Positions 1-11,604 are shown, numbered from the stretch's first letter. The stretch is DNA of 64,000 nucleotides from an uncultured Chloroflexia bacterium (GCA_963760625.1 CAVXDU010000002.1:670068-734067); one strand, 5' to 3'. Notes: generated by a model from the letters alone, not told the origin. Translations and numbers: made by a program.

Positions 1-10
1 AGGAGACACC

Positions 11-522
11 GTGCCCAAGCAGTACACCAGCGCCGCCGGCCCTGAGCCATCGATCCGGCGAAGCGCTACACCGCGGTCATCGAGACCACGGCCGGCACCC
101 TGACCGCTGACCTGTTCGCGTCCGAGGTCCCCGAACACGGTCAACAACTTCGTGTTCCTTGCCCGCGAGGGGTTCTACGACGGCGTCATCTTCCACCGGG
201 TCATCAAGGGCTTCATGATCCAGGGCGGCGACCCCACCGGCACCGGCCGCGGCGGCCCCGGCTACAAGTTCGCGGACGAGACGGTGACCCGGCCGTACAC
301 CCGCGGCACCCTGGCCATGGCCAACGCCGGGCCGAACACCAACGGCAGCCAGTTCTTCGTGATGCACGCCGACTACCGGCTGCCGCCCAACTACACCGTG
401 TTCGGCAAGCTGACCGCGGGCGAGGACGTCGCTGGACGCCATCGCGACCGCCCGCGTCGGCAGCCAGGATCGCCCGGTCGACCCGGTGAGCATCACGCTC
501 GGTGACCATCACCGAGGCCTGA
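11..522 (+). CDS. ppiB: peptidyl-prolyl cis-trans isomerase (cyclophilin type), frameshifted
   Basis: GTG at 11 preceded by aggagac RBS at 1-7. Cyclophilin motifs across three frames: [56 protein letters not shown] and [19 protein letters not shown]. At least 2-3 frame changes, one at the CCCC run 129-132. Confidence 0.8.
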
Positions 523-659
523 CCCGACTCCGCCGCCCGCGCGTGACACGCGCTGGCGCCCGCCATTGCATCGGACGAGCGCTCGCACGGGCCGCCTGAC
601 GGTCGAACTCCCCGTCAGGTGGCGGGTCGCTTCCGGCTCCCGGCGTGGATGGCGCATCG

Positions 660-1356
660 AGTCGTCATCGCCACCGTCGGCGCCGTCGGCGATGATCTGT
701 CGCAGCCAGGCCTCGGTCGTCGCCACGTGGACGAGTGCGGTCGCCTCCGCCAGCACCGGATCGCGTGCCTCGAGCGCCCGCAGGATGTCCTCGTGCTGGG
801 CGATGGTCCGGCGCGACGGCCTCCGCCTCCACGATGCCCCGCCAGATGCGTGCCCGCTGCGTCCGGCCGGACACGCCCGCGAGCATCGACGCCAGCGTCG
901 CGTTGCCGGACGCACTCGCGACCCGCGCGTGGAACTCCGCGTCGTACTGGACCAGCACCTCCTGGGACTCCGGCCTCACGCATCCGCTGCAGACAGTCGC
1001 GACAGCTCGGCGAGCGCCTGGGCATCGATGTAGCGCGCGGCGAGGGCGGTCGCGGCAGGCTCCAGGATCCGGCGCACACCGATGAGCTCCAGCGAGAAGT
1101 CCGACTGGAGCATGTCCGCCGCGAAGCCGATGCCCTCCAGCAGCAGCTCCGGCCGCAGGCTCGTGACGTAGGTGCCGTCACCCCGACGGACATCCAGCAC
1201 GCGCGCCGTGACCAGCGCCCGGACCGCCTCACGCACGGTGTTGCGGGACGCGCCCAGCTGCCCGGCCAGCTCCGCCTCGGCCGGCAGGCGGGCGCCGGGC
1301 GGCAGCCCACCGGTCCCGATGAGCTCGCGGATGCGCTCGATGGCGGCCTCGGTCAT
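660..1356 (-). CDS. GntR family transcriptional regulator (FadR-like, FCD C-terminal domain), frameshifted C-terminus
   Basis: N-terminal wHTH MTEAAIERIRELIGTGGLPPGARLPAEAELAGQLGASRNTVREAVRALV. FCD-like helices continue in other frames (LVQYDAEFHARVASASGNATLASMLAGV). Divergent from the ABC transporter operon. Confidence 0.7.
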
Positions 1357-1397
1357 GGGCGCGGCCAGGGGACGATCCTCCTGCGTGCTAGCGGCTC

Positions 1398-1456
1398 AGA
1401 CATCCGATGATACCGGACCGGCGCCTTGGTTGCGAATGGGTATAGACATCGGATGT
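1398..1456. promoter_or_regulatory. two copies of a dyad motif AGACATC[C/G]GATG[A/T] in the divergent gntR/ABC promoter region (candidate GntR operators)
   Basis: agacatccgatgataccggacc at 1398-1419 and agacatcggatgt at 1444-1456. Each has internal CATC-N-GATG symmetry. A closely related copy lies upstream of eda at 52407-52432. Confidence 0.4.
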
Positions 1457-1636
1457 TCACCCGGGTATGGTGCCGACCTGAGGGTGAACGGCCCGATCGC
1501 CGACGGACCAGACACCCGATGGCTCATGGGACATCGCGGGGAGCGATCGACAGTCTGGCGGCCATACGTCCGATGAAAGACGCCTGGGGCCACGAGCGAC
1601 CCGGACGATCGACCCCGCACGCAGGAGGAGGCTCAC

Positions 1637-3145
1637 ATGGCGAGAGTCCGTTCCATCCGAGCGGCGGCGGTGGCCGCCAGCCTGGGGCTGCTGGTCGGCA
1701 GCCAATCGCCGCGCCGTGGGCGCGCAGTCGCCGTCGCCGGTGCATACCCGCCGGGGATCACCGTCAACCTGCTGACCTTCAATGGGCCGCAGGTCGCGGA
1801 GCCGCTCAAGCGGCGCGCCCCGGACTTCGAGGCGGCAACCGGGCATCCACGTCAACGTCATCGCCGTCCCGTTCCAGGACATCTACACCAAGGCGATCCT
1901 GGACGCGTCGACCGGCAACAACGCCTACGACGCCTACGTCTTCAACCCGCAGTGGTTCGGCGACTTCGCGACGCCGGGCTACCTCGAGGACCTGACCGCC
2001 CGCATCGCCGCCGACCCGAGCATCCAGTGGGACGACATCGCGCCGTTCTTCCGCGACTTCAGCGCGTCGTACGGCGGCAAGACCTACGCCATCCCGCTCG
2101 ATGGCGACTTCCACATGGCGTACTACCGCAAGGACCTGCTCGACGGGACGGCATCGCCGCGCCCAAGACCTGGGAGGACTATCTCGCGGTCGCCGAGAAG
2201 TACAACGGCCAGGACCTCAACGAGGACGGCACGCCGGACTACGGCTCCTGCATCGCCAAGAAGGTCGGCGGCCAGAGCTACTGGTGGCTCATCGACTTCG
2301 TCGCTCCGCTGCTCCAGAGCCAGGGCACGGAGCAGGGTGCGTTCTTCGACACCACGACCATGGAGCCGCTGTTCAACAACGACGCCGCCAAGCTCGCGCT
2401 CCAGACCTACAAGAAGACACGGCGACTTCGGACCGCCGGACGAGATCAACACTCGACCTGGGCGCCATCCGCAGCCTGTTCACGACCGGCCGCTGCGCAC
2501 TGACCCTCGACTGGGGCGACACGGGCACCCTGGCGCCCGGCACCTACGTCGCGGACAAGTACGCCTCGTTGGTCCTGCCCGGCTCGACGCAGGTCCTGGA
2601 TCGCGGCCACGCGACACGCTCGTGCCCTGCGATGCGACCACCTGCCCGTACGCCGTCGACGGCGTCAACCACGCACCCCTCGCCGCCTTCGGTGGCTGGT
2701 CCGGCGCGGTCAATGCCGCGGCCGACCCGATCGTCAAGGACGCCGCCTACACGTTCCTGTCCTACATGACCGCGCCCGCGCAGTCGAACGAGGACGTCAC
2801 GATCGGCGCGTCCGGCTACAACCCGTATCGCATCTCGCAGTTCACGGACATCCGAGCCGTGGCTGGAGGCCGGACTCAGCGAGACGGCCGCCAACAACTA
2901 CCTGGGAGCCATCAAGGACAGCCTCGAACAGCCCCAACATGGTGCTCGACCTGCGCATCCCGCAAGACCGCCGACTACCAGCAGGACGTGCTGGACAAGG
3001 CGGTCGCGCTCGTACCTCGCCGGCGATGCCGACGAGGACGAGACGATGCAGCAGATCACCGACAGCTGGAACGCGATCACCGACAAGGCAGGGTCGTGAG
3101 GCGCAGCTGGCGGCCTACAACGCCAGCCTCACCGTCCAGCGCTAA
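1637..3145 (+). CDS. sugar ABC transporter substrate-binding protein (family 1 extracellular solute-binding), frameshifted
   Basis: ATG 1637 with aggagg RBS, signal-like N-terminus MARVRSIRAAAVAASLGLLVG. SBP_bac_1-like segments across frames: VIAVPFQDIYTKAILDASTGNNAYDAYVFNPQWFGDFATPGYLEDL, GGKTYAIPLDGDFHMAYYRKDLL, KTWEDYLAVAEKYNGQDLNEDGTPDYG. Ends AAYNASLTVQR at 3145. Confidence 0.75.
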
Positions 3146-3206
3146 CCCCGACCCATGGATCCCCGAGGATCGGACCTCGAAGGCCCGGAACCCGGGGCAA
3201 CGGCAT

Positions 3207-3234
3207 CACGCCGAGGGCTTCCGCCCTCGGCGTG
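3207..3234 (+). other. perfect 12-bp inverted repeat with 4-nt loop (cacgccgagggc ttcc gccctcggcgtg) between SBP and first permease gene; intercistronic stem-loop overlapping the permease GTG start
   Basis: Seen directly. Stem 3207-3218 and 3223-3234 are exact reverse complements. Confidence 0.5.
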
Positions 3235-4395
3235 ATGCGTTCGGACGCGCTGGCCAGATGGTTGTTCATCTGGCCGGCCGTCCTGGTCATCCTGCTGCTG
3301 TCGATCTTCCCGCTCGTCGCGTCGCTGGTGCTGTCGGTCTCGAACCTGGTGTTCCAGCAGGGCTCCATCGCGATCGACTTCGTGGGCCTGGACAACTTCC
3401 GAGGCACCTGCTCTTCGGCACCGAGCGGAAGACCTTCCTGGGCGTGCTTCGGGCACCCGACCCCGCTCGGCTGGCTGCTCGTCATCGGCAGCATCGCGCT
3501 CTCGGTCTGGTGGTTCCGGCGGTCCGTCCGCGGCGGTCAGCTGGGTCCGTTCGGGCTGGCCGTCCGGCTCGGCGCCTGCTTCATCCTGGTGGGCTTCTCA
3601 TGGCTGCTGGCCCAGGCCCTGCTGGGCGAGGGTGGGCGACCCGGGCGCGCTCGTCGTGACGATGATCTTCGTCGTCGGCGGCATCGCGCTCCAGTACACG
3701 GTGGGACTCATCCTGGCCCTGCTGGCGGTGCGCCGGGTGCCCGGACGACGGTTCTTCCGTGTCGTGTTCCTCATCCCACTGACCATCACCCCGGTCGGGG
3801 TCGGCTACATGCTGCGGATGATGACCGACACCGGCGATGGGCCCCATGGTGCCCATCTTCCGGGCCCTCGGCCTGTCGCGACTACACGTGGGTCAACGAC
3901 GCCTGGTCGGCGCGCGTCGTGGTCATCCTGGCCGACTCCTGGCAATGGATCCCGTTCATGTTCATCGTGCTGCTGGCGGCCATCGAGGGCCAGGACCAGG
4001 AGGTCCTGGAGGCGGCCTTCGTGGATGGCGCGACGCGCCGCCAGGCGTTCCGGCACATGACCGTCCCGGCGATCCTGCCCGTGAGCACGACCCTCATCCT
4101 CATCCGGATGATCGAGTCCTTCAAGATGATCGACATGCCCAACATCCTGCTGGGTGGCGGACCGGGCACGGCGACCCAGACCCTGGCCCTGGAGTCCTAC
4201 TTCTCGTGGCGCACGCTGGACCTCGGACGGTCGGCGGCCGATCGCGTACCTGCTGCTCATCACCGTGACCATCGCGGCCACGGCATACGGCAGCCTGGTC
4301 CGGCGACGCGCGGAGCTGGCGCGCATGAGACTCCGCCGACCGGGAGGCGTCGCCCGAACCATGATGAATCCCGTTCCGCCGCCGCTCGGCGATGG
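3232..4395 (+). CDS. ABC transporter permease (MalF/UgpA-like), frameshifted
   Basis: TM-rich: MMRSDALARWLFIWPAVLVILLLSIFPLVASLVLSVSNLVFQQG, RFFRVVFLIPLTITPVGVGYMLRMMTD, WQWIPFMFIVLLAAIEGQDQEVLEAAFVDGATRRQAFRHMTVPAILPVSTTLILIRMIESFKMIDMPNILLGGGPGTATQTLALESYFSW. Has the EAA-like loop. Confidence 0.7.
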
Positions 4396-5389
4396 ACGTG
4401 TCGCCGCTGGCCAAGTTCGCGGGCTGGCTGGTGCTGCGTGTTCTGGACGTTCATCGTCCTGTTCCCGCTGTACTGGCTGTTCGTGACCTCGTTCAAGACA
4501 CCGACACAGTGGGTCGCGGTCCGTTCTACATCCCCTTCGTCGACTTCCAGCCGACCCTCGATGCCTGGCAGGACGTGCTCGTGACCCAGGCATCGGAGAC
4601 CCTCCGGCCGTACATCAACACGGTCGTCATCGGACTCGCCAGCGCCGCCGTGGCGGTGCTGCTGGGCGCGACCTCGGCCTACGCACTGGTGCGCTTCCGT
4701 TACCGGCCGCGCCTGGGCATCATCGGCCTGTTCATCGGCTGCGTGGCCGGCCTGTTCATCGCCATCGCCCTGGGCGTGCCCTGGCTGGTGGCCGTGGTGT
4801 CGGCGCTGGCCGTGTTCGCCATCCTCGCCCAGACCATCGGCCGCCGCTTCACAGCGCTCGCTGGGCAACAACGACATCGCCTTCTGGCTCATCTCGCAGC
4901 GCATCCTGCCGCCCATCGCGGTGGTCCTGCCGCTGTTCGTGCTGTACCAGCAGGTCGGCCTGCTGGACACCCAGTTCGCCATCGCCATCACGTACGTGGC
5001 GTCCAACCTGCCCATCGCGGTCTGGCTGATGCGCGACTACTTCGCGACGCCTGCCCATCGAGCTGGAGGAGTCGGCGTCCGTCGACGGCGCGTCGATCTA
5101 CCGCATCTTCCGGTCCATCGTGCTGCCGCTGGCGGTGCCCGGGCTCGTGGCGACGTTCCTCATCGTGCTCATCTTCGGCTGGAACGAGTACCTCATCGCG
5201 AACATCCTGTCGAGCGCGAACGCACAGACCATGCCCCTCCTCATCGTCGCCCAGGACGCCACCCGTGGACCCCAGTGGTGGACCATGTCGGTGCTCGTCT
5301 TCATCATGATCATCCCCGTGGTCGTCATGGCCATCCTCCTGGAGCGCTACATCTCGCGCGGCCTCCTGGTCGGCGCCCTCAAGGGTTGA
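4392..5389 (+). CDS. ABC transporter permease (MalG/UgpE-like), frameshifted
   Basis: WTFIVLFPLYWLFVTSFKTPTQ, PFYIPFVDFQPTLDAWQDVL, VVLPLFVLYQQVGLLDTQFAIAITYVASNLPIAVWLMRDYF, LPLAVPGLVATFLIVLIFGWNEYLIANILSSANAQTMPLLIV, ending ...LLVGALKG*. Confidence 0.7.
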
Positions 5390-5403
5390 AGGGAGACCAC
5401 CCG

Positions 5404-6718
5404 ATGGCCGCGCGGCCGCTCAGCATCACCCGGGTCGAGGCGCTCGACATCCGGTTCCCGACCGCCCGGGACCACGATGGCTCGGATGCCATGAACCCGG
5501 ACCCGGACTACTCCGCGGCGTACGTGATCCTGCACACCGGGGATCCGACGCTCGAGGGACACGGGTTCGCGTTCACCATCGGCGAGGGCACGGACATCGT
5601 CGTGGCCGCCATCCGGACGCTCGGCAGGCACCTCGACGGCCTGGTCCTGGAGGACGCGTTCGCGGACATGGGCGCCGTCTCGCGGCGCCTCATCGGCATC
5701 AGCCACCTGCGCTGGATGGGGCCCGAGAAGGGCGTCATCCACCTCGCCACGGCCGCGCTCCTCAATGCGGTCTGGGACCTGTTCGCCAAGGTACGCGGCG
5801 TGCCCGTGTGGCGCCTGGTCGCGGGCATGACGCCCGAGGAGCTCGTTGCGCCTGGTCGACTTCCGCTACCTCACCGACGCGCTCACGCCGGACCAGGCGC
5901 TGGACATCCTGCGGGCGGCCGAGCCGGGCAAGGCCGAGCGCATCGCGCAGCTGGAGGCGACCGGCTACCCCGCCTACACCACGTCCGCCGGCTGGCTGGG
6001 CTACGACGACGACAAGGTCCGACGCCTGTGCCAGGAGGCGCTCGCCGACGGCTTCACGCATTTCAAGCTCAAGGTCGGCCGGAGCCTCGAGGACGACCTG
6101 CGCCGGACGCGCATCGCGCGGCAGGTCATCGGGCCCGACCGGCAGCTGATGGTCGACGCGAACCAGGTCTGGAGCGTGCCGGAGGCCATCGAGTGGATGC
6201 GCGCCCTGGCGGAGGTGCGATCCGATGTGGATCGAGGAGCCCACCAGCCCCGATGACATCCTGGGCCACGCCGCCATCGCGCGGGCCATCGCGCCCATCA
6301 AGGTGGCCACCGGCGAGCATGTCCACAACCGGGTGATGTGGAAGCAGCTGTTCCAGGCGAACGCCATCAGCTACGCCCAGATCGACGCCTGCCGGCTGGC
6401 CAGCGTCAACGAGGTGCTCGCGGTCCAGCTGCTGGCGGCGCGCTTCGGCGTGCCGGTCTGTCCTCACGCCGGCGGGGTCGGCCTGTGCGAGCTGGTGGTC
6501 CACCTCGCGGCCATCGACTTCGTGTGCGTCAGCGGCACCATGGAGGGTCGGGTGGTGGAATGGGTCGACCACCTCCACGAGCACTTCGCGGAGCCGGCGC
6601 GGGTGTCGCGGGCCCGCTACGTGATGCCCCGGCGCCCGGCTACGCCCAGCTGCTGCCGGCGTCGATGGACCGGTACCGGTACCCCGATGGGTCGTTCTGG
6701 ATCGAGGACCGGCACGCT
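5404..6718 (+). CDS. fucD: L-fuconate dehydratase (enolase superfamily, mandelate racemase subgroup), frameshifted
   Basis: Very strong similarity along its length to Xanthomonas FucD (recalled from memory): [184 protein letters not shown]. 2-3 frame changes. Confidence 0.85.
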
Positions 6719-6719
6719 A

Positions 6720-7660
6720 GCAGGCGCAGGCCGCTGGGGGAGATCGCTGCGCGCGAACGGTTCCTGGTCACGGGCGCGATCGGGCTGCATCGGGGCCTGG
6801 ACCGTCCGCGAGCTGGTCCGGCAGGGCGCCCCGGTCGTCGCACTCGACCGCTCGGGCGACCATCGCCGGCTGCGGATGCTGCTGTCGGACGAGGAGCTGG
6901 CGCGGGTCACGGTCGTCGACGGGCGACATCACCGATGGCGACGCCCTGGGGGCCATCCTCGACGCCCACGACATCACCAACGTCATCCATCTGGCCGCCC
7001 TCCAGGTGCCGTTCTGCCGCGCCGACCCGGTCCGGGGCGCCCAGGTGAACGTCGTGGGCACCGTGGTCGTGTTCGAGCAGGTCCGGCAGCGACTGCGAGC
7101 GCATGGCTCCGGTGGTGTATGCCGGCTCGGTGGGCATGTTCGATGCCGCCGACGCGGATGACGGCTACGCGGTCGTCTGCTGCGCCGACGCCACGGCGCA
7201 CCCGGCCACGCTGTACGGCGTCTACAAGCTGGCCAACGAGGGCACCGCGCACGTGTACTGGGCGGAGCACCGCGTGGCCAGCTTCGGGCTGCGACCCCTG
7301 ACCGTGTACGGACCCGGTCGCGACCAGGGCATGACCAGCACGCCCGACCAAGGCCATGGTCGCGGCCGTGCTCGGTCGGCCGTATCACATCTCGTTCGGT
7401 GGCAGCACGCTGTACCAGTACGCCCCGGACGTCGCTCGCACCTTCATCGCGGCCAGCCGGGCCAGGCTGGACGGCGCGCACACCGCGAACCTGGGCGGCA
7501 CCGCGGCCCACATGCGTGACGTGGTCGCGCTCATCGAGCAGCGAGGTGCCGTCAGCGGCGGGCACCATCACGTTCGACGGAGCAGCCGCTCCCCTTCCCC
7601 GACGACATCGACACGAGCGGCCTCGCGGGCCCTGCGGTGACGCCGTGCACGGATGACAGA
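6720..7660 (+). CDS. NAD-dependent epimerase/dehydratase family protein (extended SDR; candidate 2-keto-3-deoxy-sugar-acid dehydrogenase), frameshifted
   Basis: RFLVTGAIG...[107 protein letters not shown] (the YxxxK active-site motif). Start and end approximate. Confidence 0.6.
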
Positions 7661-7854
7661 CCATCGGCCGTACGGCGTGGCCGGGGGACCATCGTCGCCG
7701 GTACCAGGCGCCTTGCCGTCGGCAGGGCCGCCTGAGTCGCCCGAGTGATCAGGGCGCTCGACGCCCGGCCTGACGAGCCCGTCGGCCATCGAGCCGTCGA
7801 GCGTCGCATGACGCGATCGCCTCGGCACCTGACCGGCGTCGGCCGTCAGCGCAT

Positions 7855-9232
7855 CGGTGGCATTCCGGCCACAGGCGACCACCTCCGGCATCGGCGACCC
7901 GTGGCTCACCGTCGCGCATCACGACCCGACCGCGGAGCGACCGTGGCGCAGGGACACCCTGGACACGCTCGCCACGGAATGGGCTGAGGTTGCTCCGGCC
8001 GTGCAGCCGCGCCTCGTCGATCGATCGCCTCCCGGTCGAGGTCGAGCAGGGTCAGGTCGGCATCGGCGCCGATCTCCAGGCGGCCCTTGCCGCGCAGCCC
8101 CCAGACACGCGCCGGTGCCGCGGAGGTCGACCTCCGCGAAGCGCTCCAGGGTCAGGCGACCGGTAGACACCGCGCGGGTCAGCAGCACCGGCACGCTCGT
8201 CTCGACACCCACCGCGCCCGCATGCGCCGCCCAGATGTCGCCGTCGAGCTTCTCGGCCGCCGTGTGCGGCGCGTGGTCGGAGGCGACCATGTCCACCCGC
8301 CCGTCCGCCAGGGCCGCGAGCAGGGCCTCGCCGTGACCTTCCGCCCGCGAGCCGCACCGGCGGGTTCATCTTCATCCGTGGTCCGATGGCGTCCATGTCC
8401 TCGGCGCCCAGGAACAGGTGGTTGGCGCTCACCTCGCAGGTCATGTCGGCACCTCCTCGCGCGCCATCGCTCGATGGCCGCCAGCCCGTCGCGGACGACA
8501 GATGGACGATGTGCACCGCGCAGCCGGTCTCGAGCGGCGAGCGCTCCGATGCGCTCGATGGCCACGACCTCGGCCTCGACCGGCCGGCTCTCGGATGCAC
8601 CAGCGCGATCGGTCCGGCCGGTCGCCCGCACGCGTGCGGTCTCCCGCGCCACGATCGCCTCGTCCTCGGCATGGACCGCGAGGCGCATGCCCAGTGACGC
8701 GGATGATGGCCATCGCTCGACGCAGGGTCGCTGTCCGAGGGCGCCGGCAGGTCGCCCGTCGTCGGACCCAGGAACGCCTTGAAGCCGACCACCAGGCCCG
8801 CCTCGGCCATCGGCCGCCAGCTCGTCGATCGAGCCGTCGACCACGAGGCCGAACAGGCCGACATCGCACCAGGCCGTCCGGGCACGCGCGAGCTTGTCGG
8901 TCGCCCGCTCGACCGAGTCGGTCGGCGGGTCGGTGTTGGGCATGTCCAGGACGGTCGTGACGCCGCCCATGACCGCCGCCAGGGAGCCGCTGGCGAAGTC
9001 CTCCTTGGCCGGGAAACCCGGGTCGCGGAAGTGGACGTGAGCGTCGATGACCCCAGCTCATGACATGGAGGCCGTCGCGCATCGAGGCGCTCGACCGACG
9101 CGTCGCCCGCGAAGGCACCCGGGCTCGGCGATCGCCGCGAACACGCCGTCGCGGATGGCGATGTCCCGATGCTCGCTGGCCCGCGGGCGTCACGACGACG
9201 CCACCCTCGACGACCAGATCGAAATGCTGCTG
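7855..9232 (-). CDS. cyclic amidohydrolase (dihydroorotase/allantoinase/hydantoinase-like), heavily frameshifted
   Basis: [20 protein letters not shown]-terminus. [53 protein letters not shown] on minus strand near 9000-8850. [10 protein letters not shown] motif near 8270. C-terminal [13 protein letters not shown]-like segment near 7900. At least 4 frame changes. Confidence 0.6.
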
Positions 9233-9273
9233 CATGGTCCGGCCGATCGTACGACGCCGTACACTCGGCGGCG

Positions 9274-10256
9274 TGACGAGACGGTTCCGGTTCCGCCAGG
9301 TGGATGTGTTCACGGACACGCCCGCTGTGCGGCAACCCGCTGGCCGTCTTCGTCGATGCCGACGGCCTCACCGATGCCGAGATGCAGGCACTGGCCCGCG
9401 AGATGAACCTGTCGGAGACGGCGTTCGTGCTGCCACCCATCGCGGCCGGAGCGGCGGCGGGCGCGAGCCACCGGCTGCGCATCTTCACACCCGGCATGGA
9501 GCTGCCGTTCGCGGGGCATCCCGGCCATCGGCGCCGCATGGGTGCTCGCCGACGAGGGGCTCATCGCGCTCGAGGGACCACGACACATGGTGCGCCAGGA
9601 GATGGCGTCGGGGGTGATCCGCCTCGCCGTCGGGGTCGTCGGCCGCGGACGGCGTCGCGCGGCCGACCGAGGTGACCATGTATCCACCGCGAGGTGGAGC
9701 TGCTGGAGCGCCTGGACGGGGACGAGCTGGACGAGCTGTGCGAGGCGCTCGAGGTGCCGCCCAACCAGATCGGCTGGCGGAGCGGCGGGCGCAAGCGCAA
9801 GGCGCGTCCCCAGGTCATCTCGGCCGGCCTGCCGCACCTCATCGTGCCCATCGTGGACCGGGAGGTGCTCATGGACATCGACCACGGAGCGACGGGCCTA
9901 CGTCGCCGAGATCTGCCACTCCATGGGCTGCGACAGCGCGGCGCTGGTGGCGCCCGGCGGCAGTGGCGCCATCGCCGATGCCGACGTGACCGTGCGGCTG
10001 TTCGATGCCGGCGCGACTGCGCATCGACGCCGACCCGGCGACCGGCGCGGCGGCCGGTCCCATCGCGGTCTTCCTGGGCCAGCTGGTGCCGACCACGGGA
10101 CACCACCTTCTCGGTGGTCATCGAGCAGGGCACCGAGTTCGGTCGGCCATCACGACTCGTCGCGGCGGCCGACTTCGATGCCGATGGCGCCCAGCCGAGG
10201 TGCGCGTCACGGGTGCGGTGGTGCCGGTCATCGAGGGCTGGGTCACGCTCCCCTGA
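9274..10256 (+). CDS. PhzF family phenazine-biosynthesis-like isomerase/epimerase, frameshifted
   Basis: [71 protein letters not shown], second-domain segments [23 protein letters not shown] and [18 protein letters not shown]. Divergent from the amidohydrolase. Confidence 0.7.
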
Positions 10257-10264
10257 CGGCCGCC

Positions 10265-11140
10265 TCAGGCGGGCTCTATCGCCTTGGGATAGCAGCCCAT
10301 GACGCGCACGCCCACGGCCGCCGCGCGAAGGCCGGCGAGTGCTGCGGCGTTCTCGGAAGCGCTCATGTCGGCGTCGAGGTCGATCCAGAAGACGTACTCC
10401 CAGGTGTGCGTCTGGCTGGGCCGCGACTCGAGCTTGGTCATGTTCAGCTCGTGCTCCGCGATCACGTTCAGCACCCGCACCAGCGCTCCCGGCTCGTTGC
10501 GCACGGCGACCAGCAGCGTGGAGTGCATCACGGCACTCGGGTCGCGAACGGGCACGGAGGGCAGGGTGCCAGGACGCGCCAGCACCAGGAAGCGGGTCCG
10601 GTTGCGCGGCTCGGACTGGATGTCATCGGCGAGCACCTCCAGCCCGAAGAGGGTGGCAGCCCGCGGCGAGAGCACCGCAGCGGAACCCGTCTCGCCGCGA
10701 TCGGCGATCATCTTGCCTGCGCCGGCCGTGTTCGTGGCCGCGAGCAGGCTCCAGTCGCGACTGCGCAGGAACACCTCGGCCTGGCCAAGGGCCTGGATAT
10801 GGGAGTAGACCCGCTCGATGTCCTCGAGCCGCTGCCCGGGCAGGGCCGCGAGGCACAGCCGAACTGGCACGATGACCTCGCCCACGATGGCCACATCCGC
10901 TGCCGCGAGCAGGTCCTGGACCTGCTGCACGGTCCCGAACACGACATTCTCGATGGGCACGACACCCTGGTCCGCCGTAGCCGACGCCACGGCCTCGACG
11001 ACGTCCCGGAAGCCGGGCAGCCGACCGATGGTCGCCGACTCCCCGAAATATGCGAGCGCGGCGTCCTCCGCGAAGGAACCAGGTTCGCCCGGGAAGGCTA
11101 CGGACGGCTGCGCGGGCTCGGCGGACGGGTACGCTGACAT
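10265..11140 (-). CDS. pheA: prephenate dehydratase
   Basis: Intact 291-aa ORF. PDT domain (VAFPGEPGSFAEDAALAYFG, ESRPSQTHTWEYVFWIDL) and C-terminal ACT domain (TLLVAVRNEPGALVRVLNVIAEHELNMTKLESRP). Confidence 0.85.
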   Translation of the reverse strand: MSAYPSAEPAQPSVAFPGEPGSFAEDAALAYFGESATIGRLPGFRDVVEAVASATADQGVVPIENVVFGTVQQVQDLLAAADVAIVGEVIVPVRLCLAALPGQRLEDIERVYSHIQALGQAEVFLRSRDWSLLAATNTAGAGKMIADRGETGSAAVLSPRAATLFGLEVLADDIQSEPRNRTRFLVLARPGTLPSVPVRDPSAVMHSTLLVAVRNEPGALVRVLNVIAEHELNMTKLESRPSQTHTWEYVFWIDLDADMSASENAAALAGLRAAAVGVRVMGCYPKAIEPA

Positions 11141-11237
11141 GCGCGTCAGCGTACCCGGCAGGAGAGCTTGGCGGATGTGGCTGGCGCGATCAGTGCAACC
11201 GCCGGCTGCTCAGAGATCGCGCCATAGCCGGCATCGG

Positions 11238-11507
11238 CTAGGCCTTGTTGGTGATCCAGACGGTTGGTGCGCCCACCACGCCTGCACTGCCCATGGCTGC
11301 GTGGAGCGCGTCGCTCGCGCCGAACGCCTGGGCAGCCTCCATTGATGCGAACTCGTGGGTGACCGTCACATCGTTCGGGTCGTCGGTCGCTCGATACACG
11401 GACTCGGCCGTCAGGCCCATCCCTTTGGCGGCTGGCATGAATCCATCGTAGACCTGCTTCCATGCGGCGAAGTCTGCGACCTTGTGATGAACGAACATCG
11501 TTGCCAT
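11238..11507 (-). CDS. small hypothetical protein (possibly Dabb/ABM-like alpha-beta barrel), 89 aa
   Basis: Intact ORF MATMFVHHKVADFAAWKQVYDGFMPAAKGMGLTAESVYRATDDPNDVTVTHEFASMEAAQAFGASDALHAAMGS. Divergent from marR. Family assignment tentative. Confidence 0.4.
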   Translation of the reverse strand: MATMFVHHKVADFAAWKQVYDGFMPAAKGMGLTAESVYRATDDPNDVTVTHEFASMEAAQAFGASDALHAAMGSAGVVGAPTVWITNKA

Positions 11508-11590
11508 GCCCGGTTCCTCCTGCGATCAGCGCCGAGGTGGCGCCAGATACAGAGTCTGCTACTACAGTCTCTGCATTGTCAACCACTGAT

Positions 11591-11604
11591 AGTGCAGCTA
11601 CACT
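11591..11604. promoter_or_regulatory. near-perfect palindrome AGTGCAGCTACACT in the intergenic region upstream of marR (candidate MarR operator)
   Basis: agtgcagctacact; reverse complement agtgtagctgcact, 12/14 symmetric. Lies 40 bp upstream of marR ATG 11645. Confidence 0.3.

Noticed and set aside
8052-9539. 495-aa minus-strand ORF
   Set aside because: An off-frame overlay on the frameshifted amidohydrolase. Its Arg/Pro/Gly-rich composition shows no domain. The real amidohydrolase segments lie in neighbouring frames.
11146-11237. Inverted repeat GGCGCGATC...GATCGCGCC (9-bp stem, 23-nt loop) as a terminator
   Set aside because: The loop is too large and no U-tract follows on either strand. 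It may still be a weak structure or protein-binding site, but it is not a convincing intrinsic terminator.
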